Of a DNA stretch of 64,000 nt, positions 27,623 to 40,521 are shown piece after piece. The notes beneath the pieces are model-generated. The model did not search any database and was not told where the DNA came from. It saw only the letters and a list, made by a program, of their open reading frames with translations. The position numbers and the translations under genes are program-made. Where the stretch lies: the NCBI GenBank assembly GCA_964016885.1, contig OZ024754.1, forward strand, positions 37,200,001-37,264,000, written 5' to 3'. The stretch comes from Eledone cirrhosa. Lineage: Eukaryota. Positions within the stretch are counted from its first letter, which is position 1, and each line of letters starts with the position of its first letter.

Positions 27623-29867
27623 TCCCTTGCTTTTATCGAGAATCTAATTGTAATACGTGACGTATTCTATTCTATAGCGATTAGGTCTTCAAAATGTTTA
27701 TTATAAACATACAGAATATTTTCGAATATTCTATGTCTATATTCACATATATATCGCTATTTCAGAGCATTTATTCCAATTTCTAATTTCTGCCGGACCG
27801 GCAACCGCTCTTTCAAACCAGTTCCTGTACACAGCTAAGTATTCTATAAGTCTCTAGCTGTGTCATTCTCGATAAAAGCACTGGATATGTAGTCCTGATG
27901 AATTCTAACAAGAATGAAACGCGTAGATTACTTCCCTTGCTTTTATCGAGAATCTAATTGTAATACGTGACGTATTCTATTCTATAGCGATTAGGTCTTC
28001 AAAATGTTTATTATAAACATACAGAATATTTTCGAATATTCTATGTCTATATTCACATATATATCGCTATTTCAGAGCATTTATTCCAATTTCTAATTTC
28101 TGCCGGACCGGCAACCGCTCTTTCAAACCAGTTCCTGTACACAGCTAAGTATTCTATAAGTCTCTAGCTGTGTCATTCTCGATAAAAGCACTGGATATGT
28201 AGTCCTGATGAATTCTAACAAGAATGAAACGCGTAGATTACTTCCCTTGCTTTTATCGAGAATCTAATTGTAATACGTGACGTATTCTATTCTATAGCGA
28301 TTAGGTCTTCAAAATGTTTATTATAAACATACAGAATATTTTCGAATATTCTATGTCTATATTCACATATATATCGCTATTTCAGAGCATTTATTCCAAT
28401 TTCTAATTTCTGCCGGACCGGCAACCGCTCTTTCAAACCAGTTCCTGTACACAGCTAAGTATTCTATAAGTCTCTAGCTGTGTCATTCTCGATAAAAGCA
28501 CTGGATATGTAGTCCTGATGAATTCTAACAAGAATGAAACGCGTAGATTACTTCCCTTGCTTTTATCGAGAATCTAATTGTAATACGTGACGTATTCTAT
28601 TCTATAGCGATTAGGTCTTCAAAATGTTTATTATAAACATACAGAATATTTTCGAATATTCTATGTCTATATTCACATATATATCGCTATTTCAGAGCAT
28701 TTATTCCAATTTCTAATTTCTGCCGGACCGGCAACCGCTCTTTCAAACCAGTTCCTGTACACAGCTAAGTATTCTATAAGTCTCTAGCTGTGTCATTCTC
28801 GATAAAAGCACTGGATATGTAGTCCTGATGAATTCTAACAAGAATGAAACGCGTAGATTACTTCCCTTGCTTTTATCGAGAATCTAATTGTAATACGTGA
28901 CGTATTCTATTCTATAGCGATTAGGTCTTCAAAATGTTTATTATAAACATACAGAATATTTTCGAATATTCTATGTCTATATTCACATATATATCGCTAT
29001 TTCAGAGCATTTATTCCAATTTCTAATTTCTGCCGGACCGGCAACCGCTCTTTCAAACCAGTTCCTGTACACAGCTAAGTATTCTATAAGTCTCTAGCTG
29101 TGTCATTCTCGATAAAAGCACTGGATATGTAGTCCTGATGAATTCTAACAAGAATGAAACGCGTAGATTACTTCCCTTGCTTTTATCGAGAATCTAATTG
29201 TAATACGTGACGTATTCTATTCTATAGCGATTAGGTCTTCAAAATGTTTATTATAAACATACAGAATATTTTCGAATATTCTATGTCTATATTCACATAT
29301 ATATCGCTATTTCAGAGCATTTATTCCAATTTCTAATTTCTGCCGGACCGGCAACCGCTCTTTCAAACCAGTTCCTGTACACAGCTAAGTATTCTATAAG
29401 TCTCTAGCTGTGTCATTCTCGATAAAAGCACTGGATATGTAGTCCTGATGAATTCTAACAAGAATGAAACGCGTAGATTACTTCCCTTGCTTTTATCGAG
29501 AATCTAATTGTAATACGTGACGTATTCTATTCTATAGCGATTAGGTCTTCAAAATGTTTATTATAAACATACAGAATATTTTCGAATATTCTATGTCTAT
29601 ATTCACATATATATCGCTATTTCAGAGCATTTATTCCAATTTCTAATTTCTGCCGGACCGGCAACCGCTCTTTCAAACCAGTTCCTGTACACAGCTAAGT
29701 ATTCTATAAGTCTCTAGCTGTGTCATTCTCGATAAAAGCACTGGATATGTAGTCCTGATGAATTCTAACAAGAATGAAACGCGTAGATTACTTCCCTTGC
29801 TTTTATCGAGAATCTAATTGTAATACGTGACGTATTCTATTCTATAGCGATTAGGTCTTCAAAATGT
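27623..29867 (+). mobile_element. Tandem array of 310-bp HHR-containing units (putative non-LTR retrozyme), 7 full copies plus ~75 bp
   Basis: cccttgc recurs at 27624, 27934, 28244 ... 29794; no differences seen between copies; TA tracts on both sides; no ORF. Confidence 0.9.
27865..27953 (+). ncRNA. Type I hammerhead ribozyme, copy 1 of 7 (cores at 27895, 28205, 28515, 28825, 29135, 29445, 29755)
   Basis: gtagtc-CTGATGA-attct.aaca.agaat-GAAA-cgcg-TA-gattac; distal stem I attctcgataaaagca / tgcttttatcgagaat is a perfect 16 bp. Confidence 0.92.
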
Positions 29868-29878
29868 ATATATACATA

Positions 29879-29952
<74 letters not shown>

Positions 29953-29956
<4 letters not shown>

Positions 29957-30209
29957 AATTCCGTCGTAAAGGTCCAGGAAAAAAGAGTGCTCAATGTAGG
30001 TTACAGAACTTATTAGTTATGTAATAAACAACATAAGATAATTATTTCATTTACCATTGGTTTCTTGAAAGCAAACAAAATTTGCTTTCAGTCATCAGAA
30101 TGAAAAAACACCAGGATTTTTTCATTCTGATGACTGAAAGGAATTTTTTTTTGCTTTCAAGAAACCACTGGTAAATGAAATAATTATCTTATGTTGTTTA
30201 TTACATAAC

Positions 30210-30212
<3 letters not shown>
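29953..30212. mobile_element. PLE-like hairpin with HHRs on both strands (30045-30105 minus, 30121-30179 plus)
   Basis: ttcatt-CTGATGA-ctgaaag...ctttcaa-GAAA-cca.tgg-TA-aatgaa. Confidence 0.8.
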
Positions 30213-30245
<33 letters not shown>

Positions 30246-30464
30246 GGGTAATATTAAATATTATTCAATTACAAGTATATATATATATATATATGTATGT
30301 ATATATGTGTATGTACACATACATATACTCATATATATACATGTACATAAATATACATGTACATAAATATATATGTATTTATATATACTCATATACATAT
30401 ATACACACACTATACACATACATGTATGTATGTGTATATATATAGAGATAGATAGATAGATAGA

Positions 30465-30655
30465 TAATTGTTTCTACTATTGGCACAAGGCCAGCAATAA
30501 CCCAATACATTACTGATATTTTATTTTATCGACCCCGTAAGGATGAAAGGCAAAGTTAACCTCGGCGGGATTTGAACTCAGAATGGCAAGGACCTTAACT
30601 CTATGCGTCAAAGCAAGGCGTCCGGCCCTCTACCGATATTGCCAATTCACCGCCA
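30465..30655 (-). mobile_element. SINE S1 inside (GATA)n
   Basis: Full head and body on the minus strand. Confidence 0.85.
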
Positions 30656-30658
30656 TTG

Positions 30659-30694
<36 letters not shown>

Positions 30695-30796
30695 GATACA
30701 AAGAAATAAGGAATGTATTTGCCTAAAATAAAGGTGGTAATATTTGAACCACTGATGCTACGACTAATATTCTATCCCCTTTGACATCTAATCTAC

Positions 30797-30909
<113 letters not shown>

Positions 30910-31189
30910 GGAATGGACTTGCGGTGGTTTCGACGATGACTGCTTCAGTTATTCGATCAAAGGAACAAACAGCTGATGAAATTAACGTAGCTAGTAGCTG
31001 AACATTCTACAGACACGTGGACTCTTGGCAAAATATTCTAAGAGAGATTCCACACGACATAATATGGGAGAAAGCTGGCACCTTGAGTTACAGGTAAAGT
31101 TCTTCGGACAGGCTTCCAAAACAGTTTCTCTGTTTCCAATTTCACTTAGATAATCCGAGGCTATGATAAATAACACTTACCCAAGATGT

Positions 31190-31635
31190 CACGTAGTGGT
31201 ATCGAACAGGCTACTAATGACCGCAAAACTGAATTCTTTAACTATTTAACCATGTTGCTTTCTCATGCAGACAAATACCTCCTTGAAAATATACATAAAT
31301 GCCCCGAAATAGTATTGAACAGGGTACTAATGACTGCAAAACTGAATTCTTTAACTATTTAACCATGTTGCTTTCTCATGCAGACAAATACCCCCTTGAA
31401 AATACACATAAATGCCCCGAAATAGTATTGAACAGGGTACTAATGACTGCAAAACTGAATTCTTTAACTATTTAATCATGTTGCTTTCTCATGCAGACAA
31501 ATACCCCCTTGAAAATATACATAAATGCCTCGAAATAGTATTAAACCGGGTACTAATGACTGCAAAAGTGAACTCTTTAACCATTCAGCCATGGTGCTTC
31601 CTCATCAGACAAATACCCACTTGAAAATACACATA
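31190..31635. repeat. 113-bp tandem repeat (~4 copies), partly SINE-derived
   Basis: tactaatgac at 31212, 31325, 31438 and 31551. Confidence 0.85.
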
Positions 31636-32299
31636 AAACACAAGTGAAGCAATTGTATTAAAGTATAAACGTAGTAGCATTTCATAGATAATAAATTAGT
31701 AAAATCGTTTGAAGGACTGAATAATAAGTCTGATTGTATAGCAACGTATTCAGTGAGCAGACAGAAGTGGGTTATATTAATAAACACTACATGTGTCTGC
31801 ATCATAAAGAGATCGACAAAACATGCTTTCCACAACAATAGAGAATTAATTAGGGGGAAAAATTGCGATACAGCTTATAGATCTCTCATTAAAAAAACAC
31901 ACACACTATAGGAAGCTTTATTAAATAATCATGCGAGTTATATTAGTTATATTAAATGCTTCAGTTATAAAAGTATAAAAGAAATTGCCACCCTCTTTCA
32001 AAAGCTAAATTATATTCACACAGCCCCAAAAAGACAGGTAATAACAGTATCCAAATATAACAGAACTAAATTCACTGAAATCATAGGTAATGCAGCGAAT
32101 GTAGGGCAACAAAACACACCCATTTTTATTTGTTATCTCCCCTTAAATTGCCCTTGTTAACGGTAAGATCAATACTTCATATTATGTTCATTGTTCTGCC
32201 GTTGTTTCCTTTATGTTTAGAATGGTCTAGGAGTCAATAGAAACCAAAAACTTTGTTGATTTATTTAGATTGTCTGTCTAATTTAATACTTCAATAACT

Positions 32300-32872
32300 A
32301 TGTGTTTATGTGTGAGTGTGTGTGTATGTGGTGAGTGTAAGGGCATCGTAGTGTGTGTGTATTGTGAGTGTAAGGGCATCGTGGTGTGTGTGTGTGTTGT
32401 GAGTGTGTGTGGTGAGTGTAAGGGCATCGTGGTGTGTATTTATGTGTGAGTGTGTGTTGTGAGAGTAAGGGCATCATGGTGTGTGTGTGTTGTGTATATA
32501 AAGGTATCGTGTTGTATGTGTATGTATAAGTGTTTGTATATGGGTGTATGTGTGAGTGTGTGTTGTGAATGTAAGGGCATCATGGTGTGTGTGTGTGTGT
32601 GTAACGATATCGTGTTCTATGTGTATGTATAAGTGTTTGTATATGGGTGTATGTGTGAGTGTCTGTTGTGAGAGTAAGGGCATCATGGTGTGTGTGTGTT
32701 GTGTATATAAAGGTATCGTGTTGTATGTGTATGTATAAGTGTTTGTATATGGGTGTATGTGTGAGTGTGTGTTGTGAATGTAAGGGCATCATGATGTGTG
32801 TGTGTGTGTGTAACGATATCGTGTTCTATGTGTATGTATAAGTGTTTGCATATGGGTGTATGTGTGAGTGTT
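32300..32872. repeat. GT-rich higher-order repeat (~206 bp)
   Basis: gtaagggcatc blocks; identical ORF text offset by ~206-209 bp. Confidence 0.8.
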
Positions 32873-32957
32873 TTTCCATTTTTTGATGGTCATTGAAAGC
32901 ATTTTATTTCCTATAATCAATGGTATACTGTAGAAAATATACACGAATATACATATG

Positions 32958-33005
<48 letters not shown>

Positions 33006-33179
33006 GTATGTATATATATATAATGTATGTATTATGTACAGTACATTTTGAAAGCCATAATTGTAACAACCTATTTTAAAGGTAATATTTTTTCTTTGAC
33101 AGCAAATTATAATTTCTCCATTTCTCTCCCTCATCCTCTTTCTACGCACATAATATATATACACACACATATATATATG

Positions 33180-33214
<35 letters not shown>

Positions 33215-33248
33215 ATATACATAATTATATATATTAATATATTTATAT

Positions 33249-33296
<48 letters not shown>

Positions 33297-33646
33297 TCAC
33301 AAATGTATATATATACATAATTGTATATGTTAATAAATATAAAAAAATTTATATATGTACTAACAAATGTATATATATACATAATTATATATATTAATAT
33401 ATATATACAAATATATATATATACACACAAATGTATATATATATACACACAAATGTATATATATATGTATATATGTATATATACATAATTATATATATTA
33501 ATATATATATGTATATATATATATATGTATACATAATTATATATATTGATATATATATATACAAATATATATATATACACACACAAATGTATATATATAC
33601 ATAATTAAATATATTAATATATATATACAAATATATATACACACAA

Positions 33647-33683
<37 letters not shown>

Positions 33684-33858
33684 ATTATATATATTAATAT
33701 ATATATGAATATATATATATATATATATGTATACATAATTATATATATTAATATATATATATATATACACATATATATATATACACATACAAATGTATAT
33801 ATATATATATACATAATTAAATATATTAATATATATATACAAATATATATACACACAA

Positions 33859-33925
<67 letters not shown>

Positions 33926-34334
33926 TATATATATATAGAGAGAGAGAGAGTGTGTGTTTTTCTAAAGTAAATAATCCGCCAAAACAGTCAGAGAAACAAC
34001 ATGGAGCCGTTCGTTCCATTTGTGCCATTCTGCTTGAGAGCTTTTTTCTCTGGTGAATGCATTATATTCTAGGACATGGGGCGTGAAACAGGCGGCGCGC
34101 GAGCCACAAACCGGACCGCCAGACCAACCAATCAGAGTGGCCCACGATGACCGTTTTTAATGCACGAGTTTTAACGAAAAAAACAATTTAACTTAATAAC
34201 AAATGTTTTGAAGATCCGAAACGGAGAAAACAGGCTTTGCTAACATCAATTTATTATACATGTTATAAAGATTCTTTATATATATTCAGGTGCGTTTTTC
34301 AAACCCTTTTTTAAAATAAAATCATTCTCCTTAT

Positions 34335-34842
34335 ATAACTGTTTCTACTTTTGGCACACAAGGCCAGCAATTACCTTTATTCTATCGACCCCGTAAGGAT
34401 GAAAGGCAAAATTAACCTCGACGCGATTTGAACTCAGAACGTAAATGGCCATAACTCTATGCTGCAAAGCATATTGCCTGATGCTCTACCGATACTGCCA
34501 ATCCACCATAACGTGATCTGTTTAGAACGTTTTCTAATGACCACACTTTTTTTCATTACACACACACACATATATATATATCTATATATATATTAGTATT
34601 TACTATAAGGTTACTTATTCATACATGTTTTTTATATTCTTCAATAAACAAAACTCATTGGATTGGCAGTATCGGTAGAGGGTCGGACGCCATGCTTTCC
34701 AGCATAGTTACGTCCCTTTACGATCTGAGTTCAAATCCCGCTGAGGTTGACTTTGCCTTTCATCCTTACGGGGTCGATAAAATAAAGTACCAGTAATGCA
34801 CTGGGTAATTGCTGGCCTTGTGCCTAAAGTAGAAACAATTAT
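34335..34842. mobile_element. Divergent pair of SINE S1 (34335-34508 minus, 34658-34842 plus)
   Basis: Both carry A/B boxes and the central domain. Confidence 0.85.
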
Positions 34843-35166
34843 TTCTGAAGACGGCGGGTAGGGAAGACGTATGTATATTTTCTTACTTTGATAATTTGTA
34901 ATATATTTTACATAGATCAATAATAGAATGGACATACAGGGAACTACCCCCCAGAAACGATCGTAAAATAATGAATTTTACTATGAATTACCCGTATTTT
35001 GTTTAATTTCATTGTTTTCATTATTTGTATTATTTTGACTCTGCTTCCAATGAGTTATATCGTTGAAATTTTGTATTTTAAACTTTGCCTCACGACATCT
35101 TCTACATACGGATTACATTGAGTTCTTCATACGGCTTGGACCCTACCATTAATTGGTGGGTTTATC

Positions 35167-35210
<44 letters not shown>

Positions 35211-35563
35211 TATATACAGTGTGAGAGAGAGTGAGAGAGTGAGAGATGAAGAGAGAGGAGAGAGAGGAAGAGAGTGAGAGAGGAAGAGAGAGAGAGGGGG
35301 AGTGAGGAAGAGAGAGAGGGGGAGTGAGTGAATGAGAGAGGGGGAGTGATTGAATGAGAGAGGGGGAGTGAGTGAATGAGAGAGGGGAGTGAGTGAATGA
35401 GAGGGGGAGTGAGTGAATGAGAGGGGGAGTGAGTGAATGAGAGGGGGGGGGGGGGGTGAGTGAATGAGAGAGGGGGAGTGAGTGAATGAGAGGGGGAGTG
35501 AGTGAATGAGAGAGGGAGTGAGTGAGTGAGTGTAAGAGAGAGGAAAAGAGAGGGCGAGCGAGA

Positions 35564-35617
<54 letters not shown>

Positions 35618-35981
35618 CAAAGAGAGAGGAAGTGAAAGAGAGACAAAGAGAGAGGAAGTGAAAGAGAGAATGAGAGAGAGAGAGAGAGAATGAGAGGCAG
35701 CAGAGTATCTGTGTGTGAGAGTGTGTGTGTGTGTGTGCGCTTTAGAAAATGTATGCGAGTGTATGAACCTTAAGACTGTGAGACTGCTAACACTCACTGC
35801 ACGTGCATGTGTGCGCATAGTGCGCGTGTGTGTGTGAGCGATTGTGTGTGCATCTGTGTGCATGTGTGTGTGTGTGTGTGTGTGTTCTATTTTCCTGCTT
35901 CAATCTACAGTCAATCAGGTACATTCAGTACACTTAACACAGTAGAAATACTTTCTAATCATAAACATGTATCTCCATTAG

Positions 35982-36026
<45 letters not shown>

Positions 36027-36197
36027 CTACGGCTGTATATATGCATGTATGTATGCATGTATGTGTATTTATGTGAGTGTATGTATATGTATGCATGTGT
36101 GTATGTGTGTATGCATGTATGTATATAGGTAAGTACATACGCATGTATGTATGTATGTATGTATATGTGTATGTGTGTATGTATGTATGATAAAGTC

Positions 36198-36254
<57 letters not shown>

Positions 36255-36357
36255 CACACAACAGAGGTAACCATTACTGTGTATATAGACATGTACATAT
36301 GCCAAATATACGTATTTTCCTGAAAATTGCTGAATCGATAAACACTTTGGATCGATG

Positions 36358-36389
<32 letters not shown>

Positions 36390-36395
<6 letters not shown>

Positions 36396-36467
36396 GCTCC
36401 CAAAAATGTATACACACTTTAACAGCGTTCTAATAAATCTGTGTATACATTTTTAGGGAACACCCTG
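36390..36467. mobile_element. Tc1/mariner-type MITE
   Basis: agggtgctcccaaaaatgtatacac / gtgtatacatttttagggaacaccctg. Confidence 0.7.
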
Positions 36468-37289
36468 TATATATATATATATATATGTGTGTGAGTGTCA
36501 TCACTGAATGAAGTCTCAAAGTTCGCTCAAATCTAATATTAGTTTAAACCATACATTATCACTTTACTCTGTCAATTGTTTTATATGCTCCCGTGTATAT
36601 ATATATCCCGTATATATATATATATATATATTAGAAAGTGAGGTTTTTTTACAAAATGAAAAAAAAACGAGGTGTCATACACAAGTGAAAGTGTAAGGAA
36701 AAAAGATGAAATCGAAAATGCAACTGGAGTCTTTTTTTTTTTTTAATATATTTATTTGGTTCCTTTACCGGTTTCGCAGTTCTTGTGCTTTTCAAAAGTA
36801 GAGTTGAGATGGAGGGTTTGTGGGTTTTCTCACATATGGTTGGTGTTTGAATGTTACTTCTGTTTTATATGGAAAAAAATGGCTCGAAATGCTAGGTTTT
36901 TAGAGAAGTAATTTGGTTGGTTGGTTGGTGAATAAGTATAATAAATTTCGCGCCAGTTCGCGTTACAAAGTTCTTATTATATTTGCCTTCAAAAAAAAAA
37001 GGGGGGGGGGGGCGGGCGGCGACTCAGGTTGTTTTTTCACATATGAGTGAAGTTTGGTTGGTTGATGCAGTCACGTGAATAAGCACATCAGCTTTCGCGC
37101 CAGTTTGTGTTTGAATTTCTTTTTACGGTACTTAAAAAAAAGGTGGCTCACGAAGGCTTTTTTTAAAATAAATGTAATTTGATTGGTTATAAATGGAATT
37201 ATGACTGTCACGTGAACAAGTACATTAAATTTCGCGCCCGTATTTGGGAAATTATTTTGTAGCCATTTATAGAATTTTGTGTTATCTGT

Positions 37290-38365
37290 AGTCTACAGTG
37301 TAGATTACTGATAACACTGCAGTGTACACTACTGATAACACTGCAGTGTACACTACTGATAATACTGTAGTGTACACTACTGATAATACTGTAGTATACA
37401 CTACTGATAATACTGTAGTATACACTACTGATAACAATGTAGTGTACACTACTTATAACACTGTAGTGTAGACTACTGATAACACTGCAGTCTATACTAC
37501 TGATAACACTGCAGTGTAGATTACTGATAACACTGCAGTGTACACTACTGATAATACTGTAGTGTACACTACTGATAATACTGTAGTGTACACTACTGAT
37601 AATACTGTAGTGTAGACTACTGATAACAATGTATTGTAGACTACTGATAACACTGCAGTGTAGACTACTTATAACACTGTAGTGTAGACTACTGATAACA
37701 TTGTAGTGTAGACTACATATAACACTGTAGTGTAGACTACTGATAACACTGCAGTGTAGATTACTGATAACACTGCAGTGTACACTACTTATAACACTGT
37801 AGTGTAGACTACTGATAACAATGTATTGTAGACTACTGATAACACTGCAGTGTACACTACTTATAACATTGTAGTGTATACTACATATAACACTGCAGTG
37901 AACACTACTGATAACACTGCAGTCTATACTACTGATAACACTGTAGTGTAGACTACTGATAACACTGCAGTGTAGACTATATATAACACTGCAGTGTACA
38001 CTACTGATAACACTGCAGTGTAGAATACTGATAACACTGCCGTGTAGACTACTGGTAGCACTGTAGTGTAGACTACTGATAACACTGCAGTGTATACTAC
38101 TGATAACACTGTAGTGTACACTACTGATGGCACTGTAGTGTACACTACTGATAACACTGCAGTGTACACCGCTGATAACACTGTAGTGTAGACTACTGAT
38201 AACACTGCAGTGTAGACTACAGATGGCACTGTAGTGTACACTACTAATAACACTGCAGTGTACACCACTGATAACACTGTAGTGTAGACTACTGATAACA
38301 CTGCAGTGTAAACTACTGATAACACTGTAGTGTAGACTACAGATAACACTGTAGTGTGCACTACT
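37290..38365. repeat. 24-bp minisatellite with palindromic core (~45 copies)
   Basis: actactgataacactgcagtgtag; acactgcagtgt is a 12-bp palindrome. Confidence 0.92.
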
Positions 38366-39084
38366 ACATACAGTACTGTAATAGTTTACATCCTGACGTA
38401 GCACCTAAAGTTCTCATGAAGATGGCTGAAAAATGGACACGTGGCATGTTTGTTTAAAACGAGATATACCTTTTTTTTTTCTTGGGCGTTTGTTTTTTTT
38501 ATCGCACTACAACATATATTTCTATATTGAATTTTAAAATGTTAACTTAATATGTATTTCGTCAATATGACAGCTGCAATATCAACACGAGAAAACTGAC
38601 AACAATATAAAAAGACACTAAAAAGAACAAGACAAAATAATCAGCTGTTAAAGTTATGGAGTCATAAAGTGAATGATTTATGGGAAACTATGTAAAATCG
38701 ACCGAAGCTTATTTTGTTAATTTGATAGGTCAATGGAAGGATTATAGGACTACGATATTAAAGACTGCTACAAATATTGTTGTCTCGAGTCAGTGAATAG
38801 CTAGGACATGTCAATAAATATCCAGGTCAGCTTCTTGACTAATCTCTATACATGTGAAAACTTATGGCTTACTGGTCAGCGTGTTCGACTCACGATTCTA
38901 AGGTCGAGGGTTCGATTCTCGGTGGTGCGTGTGTCCTTGAACGAGACACCATATTTCACGTTGCTTCAGTGAATTCTGGAGGTAAATAATCAGTTGAGCC
39001 TGTAACCCAAAGAGGCAATTCTGTTCACAAGGTAGGGATGGACCCGAAGCTATGGTAAATGAAACATGCCCGTGATGCTACGCA

Positions 39085-39375
39085 GTGAAGGCGCGTGGCA
39101 TAGTGGTAAGGGTGTTGGACTTACGATCATGATGCCGTGTGTTCGATTCCTGGACTGGGTTGTGTGTTGTGTTGTGTTCTTGAGTTAAACACTTCATTGT
39201 ACATTGTTCCATTATACTCAGCTGAAACTGAGTACCAGCAGTAGCTGGGTGTGTAACCCTGCGATGGGTTGGCGTCTTGTCCAGGGGGAAGTCTTGTACT
39301 CTCAGTTGCTTCACGCCACGGAAACCAAGGTAAGTACTGGCCTGATGAACTTCAAAGCTCGAGACAGGCTTTAGA
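39085..39375 (+). mobile_element. tRNA-derived SINE S2, long form
   Basis: gtgaaggcgcgtggcatagtggtaag...gttcgattcc...; tail shared with 12360-12465. Confidence 0.75.
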
Positions 39376-39821
39376 CTTAGATGAAGCTACTTAGTGGGAG
39401 CGAACCCGGAACCTAATGGTTGCCAAACAAACTTCTTAATCATACAGCCATATTACGTCAACAATAAGAAATATATAGATAACAAAATAAATACTACCGC
39501 TCATGACATCATGTTTGGGTGTTGTGATATAAAACAAACCCCGTCCTTGAGATATTTTATATATATTCGCAGAGAGGGGTTTACGTAATCATGGCAGCAA
39601 ATAACTTGCTCTACAACTGGCTGATTTAGCAATTTAAAAACCGAGAAATAAACCTAAGTAGTTTAGTTGTATTTAATCTACAACAGTTTTGTATAAGCTA
39701 ACGAAAGGTATTTAGATTAAACATTGTTGAAATACATTGGGATAAAAGTTGACATAAGTTTATTCAGAAATATCACTATAAGATGTGACGTGGAAAATCC
39801 AGATCAGACGACATACACACA

Positions 39822-39871
<50 letters not shown>

Positions 39872-40186
39872 GGGAGATCAAATGCAATGTTTTTATAAAA
39901 GGTAACAAGTTAGACAAGATGTCTTGCATAATTTGTACTGAGCAAACATGGCACACAACATATGTGCAAACAATTATTTATTTACTAAGACCCATATACA
40001 CATCTATCTATCTCAATATATACACACACACATATATATAAATGCATATATATATATATACACACATATATTTATATATAAACACACATATATATATAAC
40101 TTTGATAGGTTTCGGCCAGTATTGGCCCAGGCCATGTCTAACTTAATAGCACCACCTGGCGATGTCTTTCAAATACACACACACAG

Positions 40187-40227
<41 letters not shown>

Positions 40228-40232
<5 letters not shown>

Positions 40233-40398
40233 AAAAAAAGGAAAAGAGTGACTTCCCTTGTAGTTCTAAGCAATTTGATTTAATTTTATAATATTATATT
40301 ATAAAATTAAATCAAATTGTTTAAAACTACAAGGGAAGTCATTCTTTTCCTTTTTTCAAATATACCTAACTGTACCAAGGATTTCACACATTTTCCAA
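40228..40398. mobile_element. TA-embedded inverted-duplication element
   Basis: aaggaaaagagtgacttcccttgtagtt / aactacaagggaagtcattcttttcctt. Confidence 0.75.
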
Positions 40399-40459
40399 TA
40401 TGTATATATATATATAAAGGTAATATCCGTGGCGGTAGAGCACTCAGTCCACGGGACGA

Positions 40460-40521
<62 letters not shown>

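Noticed and set aside
27623-29867. CRISPR array or rDNA/tRNA tandem
   Set aside because: Units are identical with no variable spacers, no cas genes, and no 5S or tRNA similarity that I recognise
36761-36800. Minus-strand HHR-like motifs here and at ~8105-8140, ~52146-52180, plus a plus-strand one at ~12186
   Set aside because: Core positions are mutated or stems are missing; probably decayed relics, not listed as features
37208-38404. 398-aa ORF (HCSVISSL repeats)
   Set aside because: Entirely a 24-bp minisatellite; no unique domain or evidence of splicing
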